Shown here: positions 43,117 to 58,930 of the stretch, piece after piece | Layout of the letters: each line of letters begins with the position of its first letter | How positions within the stretch are numbered: position 1 is the first letter of the stretch | Assembly (NCBI RefSeq): GCF_009914755.1 | Contig: NC_060933.1 | Source of the DNA: the human T2T-CHM13v2.0 reference genome, Homo sapiens | Strand: one strand, 5' to 3' | Length of the DNA stretch: 64,000 bases | The notes under the pieces: generated by a model | The model's input: the letters and a program-made list of their open reading frames with translations, nothing else | Told to the model about the DNA's origin: nothing | Databases searched by the model: none | Program-made: the position numbers and the translations under genes

Positions 43117-43551
43117 AGGAGATGTTTTCTTTCTTTTTTCTGAGACACACGCACATGCCACCACACCCAACTAATTTTTTTATTTTTTGTAGAGACAGAG
43201 TTTTGCCATGTTGCCTAGGCTGGTCTCTAACTCATGGCCTCTAGTAATCCTCCTGCCTCAGCCTCCCAAAGCACTGAGATTACAAGTGTGAGCCACGGTG
43301 CCCAGCTTGTTTTCTATAGATCTTGCCATTGCCCATTAGAGCACTTTGTGTTTGTCTCTCCTGCGCAAATCCTTGACTGTGCTTCAGTTGACCTGGTCTC
43401 CTGGTGTCTCCTTCTCTGCCACCAACTCTTCATGTTGATTTCAGCCATGTATTACCAGCAAAACGGCTAGTCCTGGCTTGGAATACCAAAAAGCTATGGA
43501 AGCCATGCAGGGCCAGAATATAGCTAAGTGTGTTTATTAGTAAAACCTGCC

Positions 43552-44217
<666 letters not shown>

Positions 44218-45090
44218 CTGGCCATGTTCACCTTTGTTCTTATTTTTTTGCGCTTTAGAGATTCATTTTAAAGTTTATTGGATAGCAAATTGTCTTTGCC
44301 ACATATATGTAGCTCTTAGCTAACCAAAACTCAAAATTTTGTTTGGCATTTTAGCTTTATTAAATAAAGTGGGATAGACATACTTGACAAATAACCTTTT
44401 ATATACTTAGCAACAGCATACAGACTAGATCTGAAATGAGTGTACATTTCAAGTTGGCTTCTCAAATTTAACTAGAACCAGACACTCCTCTACTGACACT
44501 CTAATAATATGTGTATGTGCATCTATGTGTATTTATGTATGTGTACATACATGTATGTGAGTACATGCGTCTGTATCTATTGCTAACCAAATACTTGTGT
44601 GTGAGTGCAAGGAATTAGAACCTCCCTGGGAAGAGCTAGTCATCTCCTTCACACAGTATACTTTTTGCATATCTCCTGTTGGCCTCTGCTTATTCATGGC
44701 TTCTACTCATAACATCCCTAGCATAATGCTACCTTATGACCTATATTCAACTTCTACTGCCATACCAACTGGACATGTTCTTTCACACCTGCAGCTCAAA
44801 TTCTTAATAGAAGTGAACTGACTGGCTCAGCCAATCACTCTGGCTGTGCTTGTGCAGAGACCCTCATGCCAGGCCCCACACAAGCTTAGAGACAGGGTAC
44901 TCTGAGAACAGGGGACCATTCCCATCTCCATCAGGTGAGACTAGGACAGATAGCAGCTGCCTGATACAGAAAATGGCAGCGCAGGCAGCAGATGCTGTGG
45001 GTGGGGCAGTTTCCCTTAGATTATAGGATGGCAGGAAAGATAAAGCCTGCCATCGTTTACTCCGAGGGGTGTGTTATATGTGCCTACGAG

Positions 45091-48309
<3,219 letters not shown>

Positions 48310-48310
<1 letters not shown>

Positions 48311-48338
48311 GTGTGTGTGTGTGTGTGAGAGAGAGAGA
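48310..48338. repeat. (TG)n(AG)n microsatellite
   Basis: Directly visible. Confidence 0.9.
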
Positions 48339-48514
48339 TCTTTGCTGGAAGTGTGTTTATCTGTGTGTGATATTTGCTGAAAGTCTTCCTAAGATGTATC
48401 ATGTTATGTTTTTACTTGAATTATTCACCTAAGCCTGGCAAGTATAACTTAGCCTTTTCCTGATGGTGCAGTCATCATTAATAATAAGTTATTGTTTTCT
48501 GCTATAACGTAGAA

Positions 48515-48735
48515 TAATCTGGTAGTTAAGGGTGTGGTTTATGCAGCCAGACTTTGAGTTCAAATACTGAGTCATCTTCTTACTATGATATGATCTGGAA
48601 CAAGATGCTATATCTCTCTGTGCCTCAGTTTCCTCATCTGCAAAATGCAGAGAGTAAGAGTGGCTACCTTTTTAGGGTTATTGTGAGGTTTAAATGACTA
48701 AATGTACCCAAAGCACTGAGTGGCTGTCAACACAG
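48515..48735 (-). mobile_element. MIR
   Basis: ctctgtgcctcagtttcctcatctgcaaaatg core. Confidence 0.8.
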
Positions 48736-49692
48736 CAAACGTGTTAGCCAATGTTGCTGCTGCTGCTGGCAGGGACAATGGTGGTAGTAGTAGTAGCTGC
48801 ATCAGTAGTAGTAGAAGTATTAATGATGCTGTGTATCTGAAGATTTATTAAAAGTTGGGGCTATTTTTTTCTATATTAGACAGCCTCAAACTACTATGCT
48901 TTTGATTTCTTCTGTTGCTTTATTTACGTGTTTTCCTCTCTCATGATTGGGCTGTTAATGGACATTCTTTGCATTGGACTCAAGCAGAACAACTACCTCA
49001 TTCTCATCAGTATCTTATTAATTTGATGTTCTTAACCACGATGGGTGTAGTGACCTTCTGAAAGTCTGACTTGTTGCAGTAGCGTGGAACCCTGGATTGT
49101 GGCTCAGTTCCTCATGGACGGCCTATCCCAGGGAAGCCCAGGAAAGAACCATTTATTTTGCTCAGGCCTCACACATTCATGAAGGTGCTTCCAAGTTGCC
49201 ATTTGACATTATCTCCAAATGAGGTTATGCTCTTAATAGTTGTATTTTATCTGTCTTAAAAGCATTAAGTTATTCTTTGTGAGCATTAAAACTATATTAG
49301 TTGGTTACCCTCTTTTGGCATTTCATTTTTAATATACTGAGAACCTCGAAGTACAGAAGTGGCCCAGGCCCTTCTGAGGAGCCCTGCTCAACAGACAAGC
49401 GGATGGAGTTCCTGACTGTGTTAAGAGTAGATAGTAACTTGATTGATGATCTCGGAATAGGAAAGCAGAACTGTATTTCTTGCAGTTCTCCATTGTTTCT
49501 CTAAGTCTCTTGCAGGGTCTCAAGATCATCTCTCAGGTTTTTTGATTCTACCCCAGGGAGCTGAGCATAGCATGTGCCTAACTAGTAAGAACAAAGGTGT
49601 AAATACTTCACATTTATAATTTGGTAGGGTCTTCAGGGCCAGACGTTTTGTGGGCCAACCTCTACTAAATCTAAAAGTCATTCTCCAAATAG

Positions 49693-50075
<383 letters not shown>

Positions 50076-50895
50076 GGGCATTTTCGTTTTTCCAACCAAA
50101 TTGCTTTTAACTAAAATAGTGTATTAATTGACCTTGTCTCAGATGTGTAAGCCGTAGCTCCCCTTTTCCCTTCGTCACCCACCTCCATGTGCTTATGGCA
50201 TATGGGGAAAGAGAAAACCTTTTTTTTTTTTTTTTTTTTTTTTCAAAAGTGATCTGAAGTTATTGATCAGTAAACTGGAAAACCCACTGTACCAGAAATT
50301 CAGTTAAGCTGAGGCTCAATTTTCTTCCCCTTTATGGTCAGCTTTGTACATTTCAGTCCCAAATCAGGGAGAACTGGGAGTGCAGTTGGCATCCCAGTTG
50401 CCTGACGAATGAAATACGAAACAGAGTCTGTTGAGTTAATGTCATCAGTTTATTGAACCACAGTCGGAGGAAAAAAACTATATCCAAAAAAGTCCTTACC
50501 CTTCAGACCAACTCATCTCTTGAATATGGGAAGCATTTGTTAACAAAAGTATAAGGTTTGTGAATAGTTATGTCCTATACACAGTTATTTTCTTACATCA
50601 TGGATATTCCCTTAATAACCTTTGAAAGAATAAATGGGGATTTTTGAAAAGTTCTAGCCATTGGCCAGGGCAAGACTGAACGTGCTATCTGTTGAAATGT
50701 TAAAAGGGTTGAATTCTGAAGGAAAGCTAGCAAGATTTCGCTAATATGTGCTGTGTGTCGAGGTGGTAAGAACATGTATGAACCTGCAGTTGTTGGGGTT
50801 TAATTGGGGTTAAGTTGTTCCTTAATTTAGATAATTTGGTTTCTTTTCAGGGACTTTTTTTTCTTATGGGAAAATACCATAAAGTTTACCATTTT

Positions 50896-50898
<3 letters not shown>

Positions 50899-50928
<30 letters not shown>

Positions 50929-51212
50929 GAGGCAGAGTTTTGCTCTTGTTACCCAGGCTGGAGTGCAATGGCACAATCTTGGCTAATTGCAACCTCAGCC
51001 TCCCGAGGTTCAAGCAATTCTCCTGCCTCAGACTCCTGAGTAGGTGGGATTACAGGGCATGCGCCACCATGCCCGGCTAATTTTGTATTTTTAGTAGAGA
51101 TGGGGCTTCTCCATGTTGGTTAGGCTGGTCTCAAACTCCCTACCTCAGGTGATTGACCTGCTTTGGCCTCCCAAAGTGCTGGGATTACAGGCATGAGACA
51201 CCGTACCTGGCC
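50899..51212 (-). mobile_element. AluSp/Sq-type element inserted in an old L1M fragment (to ~51450)
   Basis: Poly(T)30, ttgctcttgtt diagnostic; flank acattgttgtgcaaccatcacc is L1M 3' UTR-like. Confidence 0.9.
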
Positions 51213-52079
51213 CATTGTAGCCATTTCAAGTGTACATTTCAGTAACATGAAGTACATTTACATTGTTGTGCAACCATCACCAACATCCCATCTTCAGAAC
51301 TTTTCCGTTATCTCAAACTGAAATTCTGACCTCATTAAGCACTAACTCCCCGGCCGTCTTCCCTCAGCCGCTGGTAACCACTGTTCTCTTTTCTCATCTC
51401 TGAAATCATACAGTATTTGCTTTTTTGCGTCTAGATTATTTCACTTTAGGGAATTTGATTTTATGTCAGTTTTTCTAACAGGTTGCTTGTGGAGACAGTA
51501 ATAATCAAAAACTTACTGTCCAAAGCCCTGAGTCTGAAATTCTGCATCCAAAAGTGCTACAGTATGCATTAAACCGATCAAAATAACGTAGCATCTTTGA
51601 GGACGAGCTCTATGTTCAACTTTGTTGTTGTTTAATATTTATATTGTAAGAAAATCTCTCATATATGAAAATGTAAATGTAAAATTCCACTATTTTGTTG
51701 CCATTGCTTTTCTTGTTTGGGGGATCATTACTGTATTATTGGCTTCCAGGATCTCAGCAGGGCACGAGGGAGGTTTAGCCTGTCTGAATTTTGGAATCAA
51801 GTTTGGTGATGTGTGAGCTGTCCCCAGAAAGCACCAGTATAATGTAGTGGTCTTAACCTGCATTCTTTAATGCTTAGCCCTGGGCTCTATAACCCCACCC
51901 CCATGCCCAGCAGCATCCCAGGGTCCTCTTCTGGAATCCAACTAGAGTTCCTAAGGGAGGAGGATCCCCAGAGGGAGAAAGAGAAAGTGTCAGTGGACAG
52001 AAATATGATACTGAAATAGCAGAGTTAGTGTTTGAGTACTGACTTTTCCCGTTTCACATGGAAGAAATTTCCATGCCTT

Positions 52080-53100
52080 GTCTGGATATCTTTAGAATTG
52101 CTCCTTTCAGTGTTAAGATGGTTTGTTCCACTGTAAGGACTGTGCCACATGGCTTGGTGGACTTGGAGAGGCGGAGGTGGAAACGATGCGCAGGAGTTGG
52201 CTTGGGGCTTTTTGTTTGCGTGTCCCTGTTTACCTATTCATAATCATGGATCCCCTCTGCTTTGTGATACTGTGAACCACGCATAACAGCAATTCTTTAC
52301 ACCACCGGGTTGAGAAGAAGGCGCCTGAGGCTGACTTTCTGGACCTGCCGTCACGCAGTAAAGATGTGGTTGGTGTGTGTCAGGATGAGAGGGCCACGAC
52401 TGGACCCACGTGTGGCTGCTTCCCGGGTCTGCCATGTGCTTTGCTAGCTGCAAAGCGTTTCCTCTAGAACAGCTAATCCTGCATGACTGTCTCCTGCATT
52501 TTGCTGTCAGAACGTGCACGCCGCTTTCATAAGAACTAATTGAAGAGGGAGCTAGTTTGCATCTCGTTCTTGCACACCCTGAGTCATGAAAAACATTTTC
52601 TTTTAAGCAAAATTGAAAGAAAGAAAAGAGAGAAAGAGGGCCAAAAAAAAAAAAAAAAAAAAAAAAGGTTGCCATCCAGTGGAGGAAGGAGTAATTCCCA
52701 GCTTCATTCAGGAAAAACGCAGGCTGAAATATGCTTAACTGTTTTAACTTGACTGGGGATTTTTACCACCATATGGGTTTTTTTTCGTGACATCCGGAGC
52801 CAAACGGGTGCAGTGTGCCTTTAAGAAAAGAGGTGCCTCACTAAACTTCGCTGTAGTTGTGTTTCACCGTCTCGGTAGGGAAGGAAAGTGTTAATTTCTT
52901 ATTTGTACACTTTTTTTCCCCGACTTCCTTCCTATTCACTTCATTAAATCTAGAGGCAGTTGAGCATGGGAGCCGTCTGTATGTTGAATTAGGGCTCGCA
53001 CTCTTGCGCAACACGTCACCAGTCGGAAACTGGGGGTTTGCTTCTGTGATTTATTTCATTATTGTGCTGGTAAAAGGTTTGGAAGGGAATTCTTTTTGGG
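52080..53100 (+). promoter_or_regulatory. Internal (intronic) SMARCA2 promoter region
   Basis: Local CpG retention in an otherwise CpG-depleted intron; no interspersed repeats; E-box CACGTG 52407-52412, ETS-like ACATCCGG near 52790, C/EBP palindrome TTGCGCAA 53004-53011 abutting CACGTCA 53012-53018. Confidence 0.6.
52140..52372 (+). other. SMARCA2: Candidate alternative first exon ending in ATG TGG TTG (MWL, 52364-52372); 5' boundary uncertain
   Basis: aagATGTGGTTG|gtgtgt donor in phase 0, in frame with exons 54296 and 56164; CpG-enriched, repeat-free context. Confidence 0.65.
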
Positions 53101-53460
53101 GGTAGTACTTTAGCATTGTGTAGCAAGTTTTGGGGTTTTTTTTGTGTGTGACCCCCCAGCCCCCAGCGCTGAGTTTGAGTCAGTTGAGCCAGTTTAGTAA
53201 ATAATTTTTTAAAATAAAAGAACAGTTTAAAATCTCCATGAATAATTTTACTTACATGCAGGAGTAATCTTACTCTACTCTTTATGTGCGAAAAGCATTG
53301 GGAAGTGTTTAGTGAATTGATTTCCATTAGAAAAAGACCCTTAGAAATCACAGAACATAAAGCACTGCATATGGATGTGTTTGGGGTCTTTGGGGAGGAG
53401 GGAAGATGTTTTGTAGCTCTCTGCATTCCTGCATAAAACCTTAGTTTGAGGGGAATAATG
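52920..53460 (+). other. SMARCA2: Candidate alternative first exon ending in ATG (53458-53460); 5' boundary uncertain, possible internal donor aaag|gtttgg near 53076
   Basis: gggaataATG|gtcagt donor in phase 0; splicing to 54296 gives MLMKRLAARCF... Confidence 0.6.
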
Positions 53461-54295
53461 GTCAGTACTTTGTGTGTTTCCTTGTAATTCCAAAACCTAA
53501 ATTTAATAAGAATCTGCACGTATTAGCAGTTGTAATAAAAATTGTTTCAGTTGTTCTGTTTGCAATTTAATTTGTTTTCGCTTCTTAGCTACTCACAGAT
53601 TTAGAGATTTAAAAGTCCAAATATCACAAGCTTATGCTTTTTCCCTCTTTTCAAAATTAAGGCGGGGTGAGAGTAGAAATATCCTTTTTACAACTCCCCC
53701 CAACTTCATTTATCTCAGTGAGAAGAAAAACAATGAAAAATTTTACAGCATGAAACTGAAAGTGAAGTGTTACAGTTGTTCTGAATTTTCTTTAAAGAGC
53801 AGAATAACATATTATGTTAAAATATTTGAATCTTAGAACATGTACATTGCTTTTATTTACATGCATTTAATTTTCTTAAAAAATTGTCTTCTGTTTTAAA
53901 AATCATTTAGACTGCTCCAAACCATGCTGCTATTTTTTAAAAAATAAGGTACAAAATACCAAAAAAGCATACCTTGTTTTAATTTTTTAAAATAAATTTG
54001 AATATTAATTTGTTTTCTTACTGGCTTAATTGTTAAAATGCGAGCAAGACTCAGAAACCATCTGAGCTAAAATCTCTAATTCTGCTGCCTGGAATAATAA
54101 GGGGAAAAAAATATGATAAGTAGTTGTCAATATTAAAACAGGCTGAAGGAGGAAGCCTTCGGGCCTTGTAGTAGGTAGCATGAAACAGCAGATTTGAGTA
54201 TCCACAATCCTTTCAGTATTAAATTTTCAGTAAAATAAAATTACTTGTATATGAAAACACAGCCTTTCCCCAGCTCTCTTTTTTTTCCTGATCAG

Positions 54296-54391
54296 CTGAT
54301 GAAGAGACTAGCAGCTCGCTGCTTTGCTGGCTTGTTAATTTTATCCCCACTAACTGTGATTTCTGATAGCCGGCCTGCTGATAGTGGTAAG
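54296..54391 (+). CDS. SMARCA2: Alternative 96-nt in-frame exon of short SMARCA2 isoforms (LMKRLAARCFAGLLILSPLTVISDSRPADSGK)
   Basis: Strong acceptor ctctcttttttttcctgatcag|, donor AAG|gtaaat; 32 open codons, phase 0-0, in frame with exon 56164; matches my recollection of a short-isoform N-terminus. Confidence 0.8.
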
Positions 54392-56073
54392 GTAAATATC
54401 CTTTTTCGTTGCCGTCTTGAAGATTCAGTAGAACTACATCCCAGGCATGTGTAGGTGTGTAACACATCAAAAGCCGGTGTTCTCCGTATTTCTGTGTGCA
54501 ACTGGGTGCTTGAGGAGAGCAATACCATTAACTGTTGACAGCCTTGCATGCTGTATTTATTATTAGCATGTTCAGCCTCCAAGATATGCGGGACAATTTC
54601 CTTTTCTTAATCTTCGCTTAGCTGCAGTGTGTTTAGCTGTATAGTGGGTGTCCTGCTTTTAGGCAAATGAATATTAATGCAATAATGTGAAGCTTTTTTT
54701 TTTTTTTTCCTTTTCCTTTTTCCTCATAACTCATCAGATCTCGCCTCCTTCATAGTGGTTATCTGAACACTGTAGGATCGTGATGGAAATTGTCTTTTGA
54801 TTATTAAGGCCTAGGCTCAGACTGTCCCTTAGGAATCTGTCTGTGTGCATGTTGCTTCTATGGATTTGCACATTGGAGGATGCGTAGAAAACATATTTTT
54901 TTAAAAATCCCACTGGCATTTTTAACATGCCAGGTTGTTTTGTGTTCTGCACCAGGTTTTCTTCACAAAACCTTTCTTTTTCAGGAAGCGTTGTACATAA
55001 GTGAAAGAAATTATGTCTGAGCTGTAATCACTCTTTATATTGATTGTTATACTCACATGATCATAAATATTAGCCATGTTTGGTGCTGTGGAGAAATGAA
55101 GGTAATTGCCTTATGATTAGAGCTCTTTCAGCTACGAGAAAGGATTATCATTTGCATACTGGAGGCAATATTGAGAGGCAGGAGGAACAAATAACAACAT
55201 TAGTTATTTTGTGTGAGAGAGCAATCTCAAAACGTAATTTAAAGATCTTTTTTTTAGAAAATTTCTTTTCTATGTTCAAATTTTATGTTCTTTTTTTTTT
55301 TCTTCCTTGGCAGTATTTTTCCCCTTTATTTTTCTTCTTTTGAGTTTTGAGATTTACCAGGAAAAAAAAAAAAAGTTTAAACTTCTGGGTCTGTCACATG
55401 GATCTTTTAGCCCTTTATGAACAGGTTTCTTTTATACCTGGTTGTTTTTATAGCTATTTTATTATCTCTCTGCATTAGTGCTGCTGGCTCTGGTTTAAAG
55501 CAAGCGTTTGCAGGTAATTGGAAAAAAGTGTTTATTGTTTGTGAGTGTGTGTGTTCTTTATCGAATGATTTAAGTGCGTTTACCAAGGAATGTGGCTTTG
55601 TACTTTCCCGTTTCCTTGTTTACTAATTGCCACGTTAGAACAAAAATCTAGATGGAATTTTGATTTATATTGTTAATCATGAATAAATTGATGCAAAACC
55701 TGAAGAAAAGGTCAAAGCTTATATGATCGTGTGGATGTATTCTTAGGGATTGTTTTTTCATAACCCACCCCTCGTTTTGTTTACCTTTTCCTTCCCTTAC
55801 AGTAATGAGAACATTAGGGTCTTGTTCTTAAACTGAGCTAAAATTTCATCTGGATTCAGTTATCATCAAACACTTGAATTTATAGATCTTTTAATATTTG
55901 TCATATTCTCCTTTACTGTGAGTGTTTTGGGCCTTCAGTGTGTTTTGCTCATGAAACAGACTTGAGTTAAAGATGCATTTATCCAATATGGTAGCATTCC
56001 TTTTTTCTTCTTCCTCCACTGATTACTGTTAACTTTTACTTTTTTTTGGTTAATTTCTTTCATTTTATTCTAA

Positions 56074-56382
<309 letters not shown>

Positions 56383-57240
56383 TGAGTGTTTGGTTCCTTC
56401 ACCTTGATCATCTCTCACCAAGACGCCGAGTGGCGCTCCCTGAGGAGCAGGAGTTGTTAAGTTGTGCACTTAGGTTTTATTAAGGTTCTTTCTAGTTTGT
56501 GTTTTATGGCTTTCTCTCTTTGTACCTGTTTAAAATGGCCACTGTTGCTATTTTGTATGATGTTTCATCAGGTATTATTTAAGATAGTTGAAAATTTAGT
56601 TTAGATTACAAAATGTTTAAAATATCTAAATTAGAAAAGGATTCTTAAGGACCTCTGAAATACCATCTGAAAATGAAGATATTTCAGATGAAAGGGATTG
56701 GAATGATGGAGTAATATTATTTTTTTTAATTGAATTGTTAGAGAAAGAAGAATCCTAATATATTTAAGGTAAATATTTCATGTTAAGACTGTTTAAAGCA
56801 AAATAGATGCTTCATAGTAAATACAGTTTCTCCTTTCCTTCCAACACTTGAATTTCTGAGCACTTGAATTATCTCTTTCTTCCTAATACCACATAGCATG
56901 GTCTTTCAGCAAATTTACCTTTTTTATGGGATTTTTGGATACAGACTTTGAGAAAGCTGTGTGGGACACTCCTCCCAGGCCATTTTAAACAGTGAATAAT
57001 TATTTGAAAACCAAAGACACTGTAGGGTGTCAGTCAGATCCATACAGTAGATGAACTAGTTAGGCTACGTTTTGGTTAGTTGACTTGGTTTCCACTTTAT
57101 TATCACGTGGTAATGTTTTTATTTGAAGATGGCTTCTCGTTTCAGTTGAAAAATTGACAGGAAACAGACATTTTCACTCTCTCAGTTGCATAGTGGTATT
57201 AATCAGTTTTAAATTACCAATTGAAAAAAATTTTTTCTTA

Positions 57241-57431
57241 AGGGGGTGCATCATTCCTGGAGGTACTGCAGTACCAGGTCGATGTGTGGAGTGGATGAAG
57301 CAAGCTCCTCTTCTAGCTCCCTGCTTCCAAAATCCACTTAACATATTGTCCTCGGATAGAGGAGGAATCAGATATTAAGCATGTAACAACAGATACTACA
57401 CTTGGTCTTAGCCAAAAGGCTGAGAAGCAGT
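57241..57431 (-). pseudogene. Full-length U2 snRNA pseudogene (RNU2-type)
   Basis: Reverse complement reads GCTTCTCAGCCTTTTGGCTAAGACCAAGTGTAGTATCTGTT...TCCTCTATCCGAGGACAATATG...CATCGACCTGGTACTGCAGTACCTCCAGGAATGATGCACCCCCT, i.e. U2 with scattered substitutions; short A-rich tract after its 3' end. Confidence 0.95.
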
Positions 57432-58784
57432 TAGTTACCAGAAATGTTTGACATTAACTAGTGTTGCTCTGTGCACCTGTAAGTGTTTAACATGAATAAC
57501 TACGTTGTGTTTTTAGTTTTTCATTATGGCTTTGCCGAATACATCATAGCAGGAAGGAAAAATTATTATAAAAATTAAGTGGTATAAAAAGCAAGAAACT
57601 TTCCACCATGGGGTTTTGCTGTTAAGCCTTTCTTATCTGCAAGGAGTTTTCAGAAATGGGGAAAGAGGAGTAGGTGGAGATGTTTGTCAAAAGGCCAGAA
57701 ATTCTTGCTCCATTTTGCCCACCAGGTCTCTCAGATTTTGTGCTGTTTTCCTTTTTTCAAAAAATAAATTAAGTTCATCCCCTTTAAGGCTTCTGAAGTG
57801 GCCAGAATGGCAACCCCATTCTCTTGGGTTTGGACCAACGGTTCATTAATGAAGGGGAATGACAGCAATCCAGGAAGGAAATTTTGACCGCAAGTCCATG
57901 CTTTGTCCAGAGTGAACATGAAAACTTCCTTGTAAACCATGAATCAGTAACTCTTACGTTTTTACTCACCCCCAAGCTCCCCTTGTATATTTGCCACAGA
58001 AAGGGACAGTATTCTAGAAGCCAGCTTGGATTATTATGCCGTATTTTCTCAGTCCCTGGTTTAAAACAAAATATTACTAAGTAGAGAGCATCACTCTGTA
58101 TATACATCAAACTTTTTTGCCTTTGTCTCAGGAGAGTGTAACGTCTGTTTCTCTGACCAGATGGGCTGTGATGTGTGACAGGCATTTTGTTCATTACTTG
58201 CTGAGTGAGTCAAGGGCTGTTATAACACTGAGAAGGGCCAGGAAAGTCCTTGGAGGTTGAGAAGCTAGGCCTTTCATTCTAAGGTGATGGCTGTGTCTTT
58301 CTCTAGTGACATAAAAGAAGTCACCAACAGGTGGATGACATACTGCCAACAGATTCGTTTGGTTTTATGCTTTTTTTTGAGGGGTGGGGGTCAGCAAATA
58401 CATAAACCTGGAGAGATTTCTTGCAAAAATTTCCCTCCCATCCCCCACCCTTTTGAAAAACCAGAAACTCTGGCAGCACTTTGCCCAGCTCTCCCTAAGG
58501 TAGCAATCAGTAGGCATGAAGAAGTGGCCATCCTTTCATTGGCAGCATCGCGCTCTAGGTTGTCACAATCCCCGTCACTCTGTATCATCTCTTCAGTATG
58601 GAGTGCGTCGCCATTTACCGTCATGCTTTTTACGCCCGACTCACTTCATTCATTTGTATTACCTGCTGGCTCCATAGCCTTTGAGTTTATGACTTCCTGG
58701 TATACATGGCTGTGGGCTGACCACTTTCCTAGAAACCATCCAGAAATACAGATTGGTAGGAGATTATATGCCTTAAACCTCAGC

Positions 58785-58930
58785 TAAGCATTGCACAGTG
58801 GTTTAGAGTACAGACTCTTGTCTGTCTTGATTTAACCACCTGCATTTGAATCCTGACTCTGACATTCACCAGCTATGGGACAGTGGAGTAATTTACTTAA
58901 TCTCCCTGAGCCTCAGTTTCCCCATCCCAG
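58785..58930 (-). mobile_element. MIR fragment
   Basis: tttgaatcctgactct...tccctgagcctcagtttccccatc. Confidence 0.7.

Noticed and set aside
57241-57431. Functional U2 snRNA gene
   Set aside because: Many substitutions including the 5' end, stem IIa region and Sm site; no recognisable PSE seen
58284-58787. 167-aa ORF (and the 167-aa minus ORF 53016-53519)
   Set aside because: No recognisable domain, non-ATG annotated starts, no splice support; length compatible with chance
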